Below, piece by piece: positions 41,263-51,149 of a stretch of DNA of 64,000 bases (position 1 is its first letter; every line of letters begins with the position of its first letter). A program made the position numbers and the translations under genes. Source of the DNA: Nitrospirota bacterium. GTDB lineage: Bacteria > Nitrospirota > Nitrospiria > Nitrospirales > NS-4. The notes below the pieces were generated by a model. That model was not told where the DNA came from. It saw only the letters and a list, made by a program, of their open reading frames with translations, and did not search any database. The DNA lies in the NCBI GenBank assembly GCA_963788195.1, contig CAWBGA010000017.1, forward strand, positions 640,001 through 704,000, in the 5' to 3' direction.

Positions 41263-41421
41263 AGCAAAGGCTGTTCCAAAGAGTGGCCGAAATTAAACCC
41301 GTCACTTAACTGCTTGAAGGATCGAGCTTCTGGTCTCGACAGCCGTCGAGATCGCTGATTGAGATTCCATGGGTAAGCGATGCGCTATGCCGATATCTCG
41401 GCAACTGCCCAACCCTCGGCA
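41263..41421 (-). promoter_or_regulatory. Sigma-54 promoter, IHF-like site, paired enhancer palindromes
   Basis: TGGAACAGCCTTTGCT (41263-41278); cacttaactgcttgaag (41303-41319); tgccgatatctcggca (41388-41403); tgcccaaccctcggca (41406-41421). Confidence 0.8.
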
Positions 41422-41556
41422 CGGCAGTAGCCGATAAGTACTGATATGACTAATCGAAGGACTTGAGTTTTTCAGTAACTTGAAGTCGACTGCAGCCTAC
41501 GCACGAATTGGAACGCCGATTGGCGTTACTTCAAGAAATGACCGCAGGAGTCTCGT

Positions 41557-41748
41557 CTAATCTATTGTTCTCTTCCGTGCTCCGAACGCCACCCAGGCTG
41601 GAACATCGGCAAGAAGTTCATGAGGCACCCAGCCCTCAACATATCCCTTACCGTTACATTGGACACAAAAGGAGTGGCTCGATCCTGAGGGTCGACAGAC
41701 GCACCTGACTAAAATCTCTATCTGCTCGCGAGCCACCTGATTTCCCAT
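41557..41748 (-). CDS. Small Cys-rich protein (CxC...CxxCxGxG zinc-finger-like)
   Basis: RCVC...FCVQCNGKGY; 3' part duplicated with conserved translation at about 51982-52113. Confidence 0.6.
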   Translation of the reverse strand: MGNQVAREQIEILVRCVCRPSGSSHSFCVQCNGKGYVEGWVPHELLADVPAWVAFGARKRTID

Positions 41749-41847
41749 TTAGTTGATTCCTTACCTCGCTCAGCACACAGTGCCAAACGACCCGAAATTA
41801 TGCCGGACAGCGCGCTACTAATAGACGTACTGATTGCACGCGCATAC

Positions 41848-42948
41848 TTATAGAGCGTGTAGCGCGTGGCGGGCGATGCCGAGTTTCTGCATGCGCGCCT
41901 GAAGGGTTGTGCGCTTCGTGCCAAGGCGCGCAGCCGCCCCTGAAGGTCCGCCCACTACCCACCTCGTTACCTGCAATACTTTTAATATATGCTCGCGTTC
42001 AACTTCCTCGAGAGTTTTTGTGCTGTCGGAACTGAGGGACGATGATTCCGTGGTTATTTTCAACTCAGACAACGGCACGCATAGATCGGAGCTTGGAGAA
42101 AGAATAACCGCCCGCTCAACAAAGTGCTCCAGCTCACGAATGTTCCCTGGCCAGTGATACTTCGCCAAAGCATTCATCACCTCAGTGGGAACCGTCTGAA
42201 TCCCTTTGTTCATCCGACGGCCATACTTCTGCACGAAGTGCCTGACCAACAACGGAATGTCCTCGGTTCGCTCGCGAAGCGGAGGGATCCTGATCGGGAA
42301 GACATTGAGGCGGTAATAGAGGTCGCTTCGGAACTCTCTATTCGCGACCATTTGTTTCAGATCGCGGTTCGTTGCCGCCACAACTCTAACGTTCACACGC
42401 AGCGTAAGAGTGCTGCCCAGCCTCTCGAATTCCTGCTCCTGCAAAACCCTCAATAACTTGGCTTGCAGCTCGAGGGGAATATCACCAACCTCATCGAGGA
42501 GAAGTGTGCCCTTATCCGCCAGCTCAAAGCGGCCAATCTTACGGGCAATGGCGCCTGTAAACGCACCTTTTTCGTGCCCAAAGAGTTCGCTTTCCAGCAA
42601 GCCAACGGGAATTGCAGCACAACTAACCTTCACGAAATTACGTTCCCTTCGCTCACTCAGGTTGTGAATGGCACGCCCGATCAGTTCTTTTCCAGTACCC
42701 GTCTCGCCTTGAATGAGCACCGTGGAGTCAGTAGGCGCTACCGTCTCCACCTGATCCAGCACGGCTCCTAGCGAGGAACCGCCCCCAATGATGTCTCCGA
42801 GAGCATTTGAGCGAGTCGCTTCACCGGAGCGCCGCCCGTGATCCGTCGACCACCGAAATGGATCGCGCTGGGGCTCAATTGGAGGATCGCTCGTGAACCG
42901 CGAATCTGCGTGGCGTACATCGCGAAAGGACACAGCATTCATACCCAT
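41848..42948 (-). CDS. Sigma-54 enhancer-binding protein, FhlA-like, with no N-terminal sensor domain
   Basis: GETGTGKE, GAFTGA, WPGNIRELE, HTH GAAARLGTKRTTL; only about 50 aa precede the AAA+ domain. Confidence 0.92.
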   Translation of the reverse strand: MGMNAVSFRDVRHADSRFTSDPPIEPQRDPFRWSTDHGRRSGEATRSNALGDIIGGGSSLGAVLDQVETVAPTDSTVLIQGETGTGKELIGRAIHNLSERRERNFVKVSCAAIPVGLLESELFGHEKGAFTGAIARKIGRFELADKGTLLLDEVGDIPLELQAKLLRVLQEQEFERLGSTLTLRVNVRVVAATNRDLKQMVANREFRSDLYYRLNVFPIRIPPLRERTEDIPLLVRHFVQKYGRRMNKGIQTVPTEVMNALAKYHWPGNIRELEHFVERAVILSPSSDLCVPLSELKITTESSSLSSDSTKTLEEVEREHILKVLQVTRWVVGGPSGAAARLGTKRTTLQARMQKLGIARHALHAL

Positions 42949-43045
42949 GACGACCTCCCGTTGCGTCTGTTGAAACCTGCGTGACGCATGATTCGAATTG
43001 TCTGCACGGCCGCAACCTTACGTACCCGCTTCGCGCTGAGGCCGG

Positions 43046-43312
43046 TCACTTTGGGTCTCTTTCTCGCACAATCCACTCGCGGATGTATGCCGGGCAATTC
43101 TCGAGTCTGGTGCCATCCGCTTCGCAACGTGCCAGAAACTTCACTGTCTCTCGATCCACCAGCTTTACCTCTTTCAGATCCAGAACCATACGGTGACCCT
43201 CTGTTTCGCCTTCAAAGAGTCTTTGCAACTCTGCTACATCTTCCGCCTTGATACGACCGCTCAGGGTAAAGACCACCGCTTCCCTAACCGCCGTTTTTTG
43301 AATCTTCAGCAT
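43046..43312 (-). CDS. Small STAS-domain protein 3
   Basis: MLKIQK...FTLSGRI...VLDLKEVKLVDRETV...NCPAYIREWI. Confidence 0.78.
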   Translation of the reverse strand: MLKIQKTAVREAVVFTLSGRIKAEDVAELQRLFEGETEGHRMVLDLKEVKLVDRETVKFLARCEADGTRLENCPAYIREWIVRERDPK

Positions 43313-43353
43313 GGATCGATTCTTTCTTGAAACCACATCTGTCCGTGTCGTAT

Positions 43354-43468
43354 TGCAATGCAAGGGCCAACGGTAATCCATTGAAAATGCTTAAGTTCTA
43401 CAAACTACAGGCTCGCGATTATTCGCGAATTGGCGAAATATCGAGAAAAGATGACGGAAGTTTTCGTC
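43354..43468 (-). promoter_or_regulatory. Sigma-54 promoter with a different enhancer type, upstream of STAS 3 and the FhlA-like activator
   Basis: TGGCCCTTGCATTGCA (43354-43369, minus); IHF-like TTTCAAtggaTTA; imperfect palindromes ttcgcgaattggcgaa (43422-43437) and gacggaagttttcgtc (43453-43468). Confidence 0.7.
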
Positions 43469-43476
43469 TGCGGCAG

Positions 43477-46025
43477 CTAGGCGGATTTGAAGTGATGCTT
43501 GTTGATCTTCAATGACCTGATCTTCGATTCCAGAGTCGATGGCGGAATACCGAGCTTGGCTGCCGCACCCGACGGTCCGGACACGCGGCCTCTGGTCGCA
43601 GCCAAGGCACCCTCAATCATTGCTTTCTCGTGAGTCGCAAGGTCTTCGGAGAGCGGCTGGCTTGCCGGCTGAGTCGTAAGAGATCTCCCGAGAGAGCCAA
43701 CTCTCATCGACCGAGAAGGTTTCCGTTTCACAGACGATGACAGAGCGTTCAATCACATTCTGAAGCTCTCGAATGTTTCCTGGCCACGGGTACGACTGCA
43801 GCAAGTCCAAGGTCTTTTTGTCGATGCTCCGTATTTTCTTCCCCGTCTTACTGGCATAGCGATCAATAAAGTATTCGACCAGCACGGAGATGTCTTCCTT
43901 ACGGTCGCGTAGCGGAGGCATCTCAATAGGAAACACGTTGAGCCGATAAAACAGATCGCTGCGAAAGGCGCCGGCCGCGATGGCCGTCGTCAAGTCACGA
44001 TTGGTGGCCGCAATTACCCGCACGTCAGCTCGAATCGAGTGATTTCCACCCACACGCTCAAATTCGTGCTCTTGCAGCACACGCAACAGCGCAATCTGGG
44101 TCTCAGCCGGAAGTTCCCCGATTTCATCGAGGAAGATCGTCCCGCCTTCCGCGAGCTCGAAGCGGCCGAGGTGGCGCTGCAATGCTCCCGTGAACGCGCC
44201 CTTCTCATGCCCGAACAACTCCGAGGCGATCAAGGACGGCGGGATCGCGGCACAATTCACATTCACAAAGGCTCGGGCGGACCGCTGCGACCGCTTGTGG
44301 ATCGCACGCGCAATGAGTTCCTTGCCTGTCCCGGTCTCACCGGTGATGAGAACGGTGGAGTCTGTCGGGGCGACCTTGGCGGCACGTGCAAGCACGGCTT
44401 GCAAAGCCGGAGACGCCCCGACAATCTCCTCGAACATGGACGACCGGTCGATCTCCTCTTTGAGGGCCAGGTTCTCTTTGTAGAGTTGGTCTTTTAAGAC
44501 CTGGATTTCCTGGAACGCCTGCTCCAACGTCGCCTCGGTCCGCTTGCTCGCGGTGATGTCGTTGTTGGTCTCCAGGGTCGCGGCGGGCAGCCCTTGCTTG
44601 TCTCGCTGCAAAGACCAGCGGCTCGCCACAATGACCTGCGTCCCGTCTCGCTTCGTATGTACGAGCTCTCCCTCCCAGCGTCCCGTGCGGAGCAACTGCG
44701 CATTGATTTCTTCAAGCGGCGCGGGGAAGATCGTCTGCATGAGCCGGTGAGAGGCCTTGCCGACCGCCTCCTCTCTCGTCCATCCGTACAGCTCCTCGGC
44801 GCCCCGATTCCAGTAGGTGATGACGTCGTGCATGTCGCGTACGAAGACTGTGTCGTGCGTGAGGTTAAGGAGGCTTGCCTGCTCGCGCAGCACCTCTTCC
44901 GCCCGCTTGCGCTCGGTGATGTCCATCATCGCGCCAACAAACTCGATGTCGTCCGAATTCATCGTCTGAAGGCATGGGCCACAACATTGACTATACTGTG
45001 ACGGAACCATCTGGCATCGCAATCGATGTTCAAAATCAAACTCCTTCCCTTCCTGCGATGCGCCGTTCGATTGTCTGTTCACGAATGGTCGCGTCTTCCG
45101 GTATAGAACCCGTTGGAGAACAGCGAAGTTCCCACGGTCGGTTTCGTCGTTCGGTCGTATTGGAAGATTCGATAAGTTTCCTCTGACCAGAGGATCTGTT
45201 GGTACGAAATCCTCCAGCCGAAGCTCCCCGTATGGCTGAGCCGCTGAGCTTCCGCCAGGTGCGAACTTCTCCCGACGCCGCAGCTCCTGGGTCAGGTGCT
45301 CTTGCTCCGTCACATCCAGGCAAGCCCCGATATAGCGGGTGACTACTTCCTGTTGGTATACGGGAGTGCCAACCTCACGTATCCATCGAAGCTCACCGTC
45401 AGGTCGGACTATGCGGTACTTGATGTCATAGGCTTTACCTTCCGATACCAATTGTTTTTCAGCTTCCTCAACGAACGTGCGGTCTTCGGGGTGGTAGATA
45501 CGCACAAAATCCGCGAGAGTCGGCGTTCCTTTTGTCGTGTCCAACCCAAAAATGTTCGAACACCTCCCGTGAATAGTAATTGTGGCTTTCAGAGGGATCC
45601 CACGCCCAGCTTCCCACGCGGGTAAGTCGCTGCGCTTGGGCGAGATACGCCTCGCTCCGCCGCGCTTTGGACATCAGGCGAGTGATGACCAATGCGGTTG
45701 TCAAGAAGACAATCGATGCGACAACGTCCAGAGGGTCGGTCACCCGTATAGAGAAAAGCGGTGGTACAAAGAAATACTGCAAACATAAAACGGCGACAAC
45801 GGAGACAAAGACCGATGAAGCGAAGCTGCCTCTGAGGGACACGAGCACGACTACAATCAGATAGAGAAGGACGATGGTCGCGAGATTGATCTGGAGTCGA
45901 TAGCCGACAAAGGTGAGTAATGCCAGACCAAGGGTGCCCAACAAACCTTGCGTGGCTGAATGCCAGAATCTATAGGTCTCGTTAGTTTGCTGCGCAGGGC
46001 CTTGTCTTGCGGTCACGTGGGACAT
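43477..46025 (-). CDS. Membrane-anchored (DUF4118-like) multi-PAS sigma-54 enhancer-binding protein; multiple frameshifts
   Basis: ORF 45468..46025 (4 TM), 43613..45544 (PAS repeats, GETGTGKE, GAFTGA), 43477..43752 (HTH GAAAKLGIPPSTL). Confidence 0.85.
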
Positions 46026-46144
46026 ACGCAGAGCCTCGGTGGGCCTTCTCAGACTCGGCAGCGTACTCCCCTGGTATTCAGACGGTCAAGACTCGCGTGA
46101 CCGAAGAGTGGCGCCCTCAACGATGCTGAAGGAACGCTGCTCCC

Positions 46145-46875
46145 CTAGGGCTGTCGACTCGATCGCAACAGGTACAGCAACAAGGCGACGAAGAAGGTCA
46201 CGCCCAGTACATACAGCAACCAGGCGTGCCTGTGAAAAAACACCGCAATGACGTGGACGTCCCGACCCAAGTAATAAGTTCCGAGACCCCAGGCGCATGT
46301 CCAGAGAATCGCGCCCGCGACGTTGTACGCCGTGAAGGTCCACCAGGGCATCTTCATCACTCCGGCGACGATCCCATTCAACTGCCTCAGCCCATCGAGA
46401 AATCGCGCCAGCAGAATAACGAGGCCGCCCCGCCGATTGAAAAGATCAGCCCAGTGCTGTTGCCGCTGCGGGTTGATCTTGAGTTTGTCCAGTGCCACCC
46501 GCTCCGCCCCATCGACCAATCGCGTAACCGGCGCTGTTTCCGAGCGCGGCCGCCGCCGTTACGAGTAACAGGAGCAAAGCGATGTTCATTCGCCCCTCAG
46601 CGGCCTCCAGGGCGCCCGCAATAAGCAAGGTTTGCCCCGGCGCGGGGATTCCCATGCCTTCCGCCATGACGGCCGCAACTGCAGCGCCATAACCGTAGCG
46701 CTGCAATAGCGGTTGCTATTTTCTCGACAGCGTGTTCGAACTCCTGTGCCATCGCGCTTTGGTGATGGTCCGAGGCCACAGGTGAATCCCCGCCAGCTGT
46801 AGTGGAAGAGAAGGCAACGAAAAAGAACACAGCCCCGCTAAGCCGCAACCAAAAAAGAAAAATCCTTGGACTCAT
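46145..46875 (-). CDS. DedA family membrane protein; two frameshifts
   Basis: ORFs 46597..46914, 46446..46706 (EGMGIPAPG, LGNSAGY.IGRWGG), 46145..46519 (ARFLDGLR). Confidence 0.8.
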
Positions 46876-46926
46876 GAAGCAATCGTACCGCACCGTTCGA
46901 TGACACCTGGACATACCCTTACCGGG

Positions 46927-46961
46927 GCAGCTATTAATTTGTCTGAAGCGTTAACAGCAGT
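46927..46961 (+). repeat. 35-bp direct repeat, right copy (overlaps 3' end of lipoprotein gene)
   Basis: gcagctattaatttgtctgaagcgttaacagcagt; 33/35 identical to 21866-21900. Confidence 0.9.
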
Positions 46962-47635
46962 TGATCTGTTGCCGCCGTGAACGCGATCTTCCCCAGCTCC
47001 GCGAACGGATCCCCTTCAACGACCGTAAATGGCCCGGTCGTTGTTTGCGTTCTATAGTAGATGCGGGGGTAGCCGATAGTCCTCGCCACGTCCCGGCGCT
47101 GCCCGAGGATATAATCTTCCTGGCCTGCCGCGGTCAGGAGGATCCGGCCGGTGGTGAGATCCACGACGGCCGCGTCCATTTGGGCGAACAACTGAGTCTC
47201 AATAATCGGATACTCCTGCACGCGCTGCACCGATCGTGAGCTGGGGATTAACACCAGAAGATGCTCCAGGCCGGTCTCTTTGCCGATCTGGCGCAATCGC
47301 TCGGGCGTGAGGCCACCCTTGCCGTCTCCCGGAAGTACGATCGGCGACGCGATCTTACTGATCGCGAGCTTCGTGTCCGGTAGGTTCGTTCGCACGCGCT
47401 CCAGCAGCTCCTTCTGCATAACAGGTGTCAATGCCGTCGGCTTCGCAGCTTCCGTTTCAGGGATGGCCAGGACCACTGCAACGGGTATCGGCGCCTTTCG
47501 GGGTGGGCCTGCGGGGGCCGTTGAGAACCCAGCGAAGTAGTCGCTCGCGCGCGAGCCGGGTACTGCGCATCCGGTGGTACCCACCACCGAGATCACGAAT
47601 GTCACGACCAAGAACGTCTTAACTAGGATTTTCAT
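46934..47635 (-). CDS. Putative lipoprotein
   Basis: AAGGAGG RBS; MKILVKTFLVVTFVISVVGTTGC lipobox-like. Confidence 0.72.
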   Translation of the reverse strand: MKILVKTFLVVTFVISVVGTTGCAVPGSRASDYFAGFSTAPAGPPRKAPIPVAVVLAIPETEAAKPTALTPVMQKELLERVRTNLPDTKLAISKIASPIVLPGDGKGGLTPERLRQIGKETGLEHLLVLIPSSRSVQRVQEYPIIETQLFAQMDAAVVDLTTGRILLTAAGQEDYILGQRRDVARTIGYPRIYYRTQTTTGPFTVVEGDPFAELGKIAFTAATDQLLLTLQTN

Positions 47636-47806
47636 TTTGGCCTCCTTGGGAATCGCTACCCGCCTCGGCGTGTTCCCTGGAGAGCGATTCGTAGGGCTGT
47701 TGCAGGTGTACTGGGATGTGGCTGATGTACCTGACCTCTGGGGCTGTTTCCAACGAAGTCCTGCACAAGCGTTGATGGGTCTGATCCCTTCACGCAAGGC
47801 TGAACC

Positions 47807-48733
47807 TCATTTCTTTTGGGTATCGAGAGCCGCCTTCAAACCCTTGGCCAAATCGGTCGTCGGTCCAACTCCCCAGTAATGCAAAAAGACGACTCGCGGC
47901 GATTCCGTTTCAATATGGTTGTGAATGGCAACCACATTGATCCCCGCGCCGCGTAAAGCCTTCAGCACAGATTGAAGCTCTTTCTCTAACGTCACGAAAT
48001 CCCCGTCGACGACCGCTTGTTGATCGCTTCCCACAAACGCCGCCCACGTGTTGATACCCATGGCATTCCCGACCTCGTCCCCGTCCATCTTCGTCGTGCG
48101 ACCAATCGTAATCTTGTAAACCCCACTGCCCATTTGTCCATTCATGCCCATGATACCTTCAATTTTTTTCGGATCTAGTGAGGTCTTGGCAGGATCCAGA
48201 TCAGTCTTGGGTATTTCTCCTTTACTGCCGCTCGTTTCCTTGATCTTGGCGAACACCTTTCCTACCGCGGAAGCAAGCTTCTCCTCATCACCCATCCCGC
48301 CGATGTGCATGAACATAACTTTCGGAGAATCCCAGAAAAAATGGTTATGAAGGGCTGTAACTTCCAGCCCGGCCTCCAGCGCGACGCTCATTACAGGATT
48401 GACCTGGTCCTCGAGCAGTGTAGTGTCCCCCATAACCATTGTCTTGGCACCGGCTTTCATAAAGGCTGCATATGAGGTCAACCCCATAGCTGGATTCATC
48501 TTCACTCCCGCTGTAGTGACCTGAAGATCCGTTCGCGGAACACTGACTTTAAACACGCCTTCTTTTTCGTTGAGTTCTCCTTTTACGCCCGTAAGCTGCT
48601 CGATCTTGGCCGTGTCGACGTTTCCGTCCGCTGCCGACAGGGCTGCCATCTTACCCGCCGCCAAATACGGAAAAGCCGAGAGTCCTCCCACAAGAAAAAT
48701 AAGAGTTATCCTTTGATTGAGATTCTTTTTCAT
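47807..48733 (-). CDS. DUF1259 (LppY/LpqO-like) two-repeat protein
   Basis: Two repeats with TALHNHF...FMH and VAIHNH...FLHYWG. Confidence 0.85.
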   Translation of the reverse strand: MKKNLNQRITLIFLVGGLSAFPYLAAGKMAALSAADGNVDTAKIEQLTGVKGELNEKEGVFKVSVPRTDLQVTTAGVKMNPAMGLTSYAAFMKAGAKTMVMGDTTLLEDQVNPVMSVALEAGLEVTALHNHFFWDSPKVMFMHIGGMGDEEKLASAVGKVFAKIKETSGSKGEIPKTDLDPAKTSLDPKKIEGIMGMNGQMGSGVYKITIGRTTKMDGDEVGNAMGINTWAAFVGSDQQAVVDGDFVTLEKELQSVLKALRGAGINVVAIHNHIETESPRVVFLHYWGVGPTTDLAKGLKAALDTQKK

Positions 48734-48820
48734 GTCCAGACTCCTTTCATTGAATAAACCACTTCCATCACCAGATCGATGACGGTGGAATGCCTCTGCA
48801 GTTCCATATCAGTTAGTGCT

Positions 48821-50920
48821 TCAGCGGCCATGCCCGCCTCCGCCGTGTCCGCCCCCGAACCCGCCGCTGCCGAGGCCCCGGTTCATGGAGCCGAGTCGCT
48901 GCTCGCCGAGCTGCCGGGCCTGATGCGACTGTTCGTGCTCAGCGGTCGGCCCTCTCACGCCCTCCCAGCCGCTGGCGCGGTTGTGCTGAAGCCACTGGCC
49001 GCCTTCTTGTCGAAACACGTGGCCATCGCGCCCGGCGAATGCATCGATCCCGGATCGTCCGATCCGAGGGCCCCCGATGTGACCGATACCTGGCCTCCCG
49101 ATCACGCGGGCGCCGCCGTCCCAGTGATGGAAGATGTTCATGTGACTGATGTCGTGATGCCGGAAGAAGTGATGATCCCGGAACCCGAAGAAGCGATGAT
49201 CCCGGAACCCGAAGAAGTGATGATCCCGGAATCCGAAGCCGAAGCCGAACTCGAAGCCGGTGAAGACGTCGACCCCGAAGCCCAGGGCGAACGGGCTCCA
49301 GCCCCAGGTGACCGGCTCCGGATACCAGAACGCCCCCGTCCAAGCCGGATAGGCATAGCCCGTGCCGTAGACCACGACTGGGCCCGGCGCCACCACCGTC
49401 CCCAGATAGCCCGGCGTGTACCCCGTGTACACGACGTCGGGCGTCGACCCGTACACGTCAACATAGGTCACGTAGTGGAGCGGCGAGCTCGTCGGGATCG
49501 TATAGATCACGGGCGGCACGCTCGTCGCCACTGTCCAGGCTCCGTTGGGCGACGTGTTCACAAACCACACGCCGTTTTGAAGCGCGTAGTACGAGGATGC
49601 GTCGACACGGATGACGGGCACCGACGCGTTCACCACGTATTGCAGCGGGGTCCCCTCGATGGGCTTGAGCTGCGGCGGGCCGTCGTACCGGAACGAGAGC
49701 TTCGCCTCGCGCCGGCTGATCGTGGCGGTTTGCGGGATGTCGTTGGCGATCACGGCTTCCCGCGCCTGCGGCGTCCCGGGAACGGAGGCGAGCACCTCTC
49801 CTTTCGGATGGCTCTCGGGGATGCGGGCGAAGTCCTTCGGGAGTCGATCACCGCTCACGAACTGCCAGGGGCCTTGCAGGGACTTGGCGCGAAACCACCG
49901 GCCAGAGAGCAGCACGTAGTAGGCCTGCTCCGGCGTGTACAGGAAGAGGTCCTCGTCGGTGTTCGTCACCGCCAGGACGCCGGTGGCGCCCACCGGCGCG
50001 AAGGCCGGCTGGCCTCTCACCACGAGGAGCTCGGCCGGGGTGGTGCTCACGTAGATGGTCGGGGTGGATCCGGCCTGGAGCAGCGGCGCGAGATCAGGGG
50101 CGTCGTCGTCGAGGAGATCCACCTGCCCGCCCTGGACGGCCGCCTGTTTGGCCGTTTCCAGGGAGGACGACGGGTCGCTCGCCACCGCCCAGGGCCCGTC
50201 GAGCTTGGGAGCCGCGAGCCACTGATTCCGCAGCCACAAGTAGTACTGGCCTGCCGACTGGTCGAGCAAGAGCAGTACGCGCGTGTTGATCACGCGGAGG
50301 AGCGATGTTCCGGCAACCGACCGGAGTACGGGCTGGCCGTCGATTCGAACGAGGAGCGCCGGCGCCTCGCTGACAATGATTCTCGGCGGGTCGTTCCTGA
50401 CCGGCACGATCCGGCGCGGGTTCTCGGCCTGCTCGACCTCGAGTTCGGCCTGGAGGCGATCGAGCGCGATCGTCAGTGGCGTCTCCGAGAAGGCGCGCTG
50501 GAGCGCCGCGAGGTAGCCGGCCCCGCCGTCCGGCACGGTCGGGAAGTCCGCCTTAGAGACGGTCAGCTCCTCCAGCGTGACCATCTGCGTCTCCTTATCG
50601 ACCTGGGTCCGAGCGGTGAACCAGATCACCCCGTACCGAGGCTCAGGCGACGCCTGGCCCTCGACCGCCACCGCCGACCGGCCGTCGAGTCGCCCTTGCT
50701 CCCAGCGGTCGTACTGCGGCTGGAAGATCGAGAAGGTGTTGTCCCCGCTGGTGAGCTGACGAGGCCAGGGGTCTGCTGACGGCTCTCCCATGGCCGGCGG
50801 CGCCTCATCCGAGGCCGCCATGACCGGTGCGCACGCTGCCAGGACCGGCAACACCAGCAGCACGCAGAGGACCACGACCAGCAGCTTCCGACTTCGTCCG
50901 TCCCTAAGACACGTCATCAT
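48821..50920 (-). CDS. Large lipoprotein of unknown function with His/Phe-rich repeats and Gly-rich tail
   Basis: VLAAC lipobox; WPRQL, YYVLLSGRWF, GYTPGY, VVYGTGY; (FRDHHFFG)x3. Confidence 0.8.
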   Translation of the reverse strand: MMTCLRDGRSRKLLVVVLCVLLVLPVLAACAPVMAASDEAPPAMGEPSADPWPRQLTSGDNTFSIFQPQYDRWEQGRLDGRSAVAVEGQASPEPRYGVIWFTARTQVDKETQMVTLEELTVSKADFPTVPDGGAGYLAALQRAFSETPLTIALDRLQAELEVEQAENPRRIVPVRNDPPRIIVSEAPALLVRIDGQPVLRSVAGTSLLRVINTRVLLLLDQSAGQYYLWLRNQWLAAPKLDGPWAVASDPSSSLETAKQAAVQGGQVDLLDDDAPDLAPLLQAGSTPTIYVSTTPAELLVVRGQPAFAPVGATGVLAVTNTDEDLFLYTPEQAYYVLLSGRWFRAKSLQGPWQFVSGDRLPKDFARIPESHPKGEVLASVPGTPQAREAVIANDIPQTATISRREAKLSFRYDGPPQLKPIEGTPLQYVVNASVPVIRVDASSYYALQNGVWFVNTSPNGAWTVATSVPPVIYTIPTSSPLHYVTYVDVYGSTPDVVYTGYTPGYLGTVVAPGPVVVYGTGYAYPAWTGAFWYPEPVTWGWSPFALGFGVDVFTGFEFGFGFGFRDHHFFGFRDHRFFGFRDHHFFRHHDISHMNIFHHWDGGARVIGRPGIGHIGGPRIGRSGIDAFAGRDGHVFRQEGGQWLQHNRASGWEGVRGPTAEHEQSHQARQLGEQRLGSMNRGLGSGGFGGGHGGGGHGR
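49153..49260 (-). repeat. 24-bp coding tandem repeat (FRDHHFFG) plus 6-bp FG repeats
   Basis: gaagaagtgatgatcccggaaccc unit about 3 times, then ccgaag units. Confidence 0.85.
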
Positions 50921-51053
50921 CTCTCCGCTCAGTCCACCGGGTGGATCGGGCTCTACTTCTTGCAGCGCTTCGTGCATTGATCACCTCGTAGACGATCATG
51001 GATAGCCCGACCACGATCATCAACCAAAAGACGAGCTCTTGAATGGACCTCAT
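50904..51053 (-). CDS. Small single-TM protein (paralog of 40772..40888)
   Basis: AAAGGAG RBS; MRSIQELVFWLMIVVGLSMIVYEVINAR... Confidence 0.65.
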   Translation of the reverse strand: MRSIQELVFWLMIVVGLSMIVYEVINARSAARSRARSTRWTERRDDDVS

Positions 51054-51149
51054 GGCGTTCTCCTTTGCATGAGCGATCACCGATATGCTTACCAGCTCAA
51101 CTGCTCGATGCGGATCATCCCCGGCACGGACCTCTCGATAAGACGATTG

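Noticed and set aside
41770..41790. TGGCAC on the minus strand as a sigma-54 promoter for the Cys-rich ORF
   Set aside because: GG-to-GC spacing is 8 nt rather than the required 10.
21866..46961. Calling the 25-kb segment an active mobile element
   Set aside because: No integrase, transposase, relaxase or phage structural gene between the repeats; reported only as a repeat and a finding.
49153..49260. Tandem repeat as a possible CRISPR array
   Set aside because: Head-to-tail 24-bp units with no spacers, in frame inside a CDS; no cas genes in the window.
48779..50779. 666-aa + strand ORF with (IPEPEEVM) repeats
   Set aside because: Antisense shadow of the GC-rich lipoprotein gene 48821..50920, which has the lipobox, RBS and operon context.
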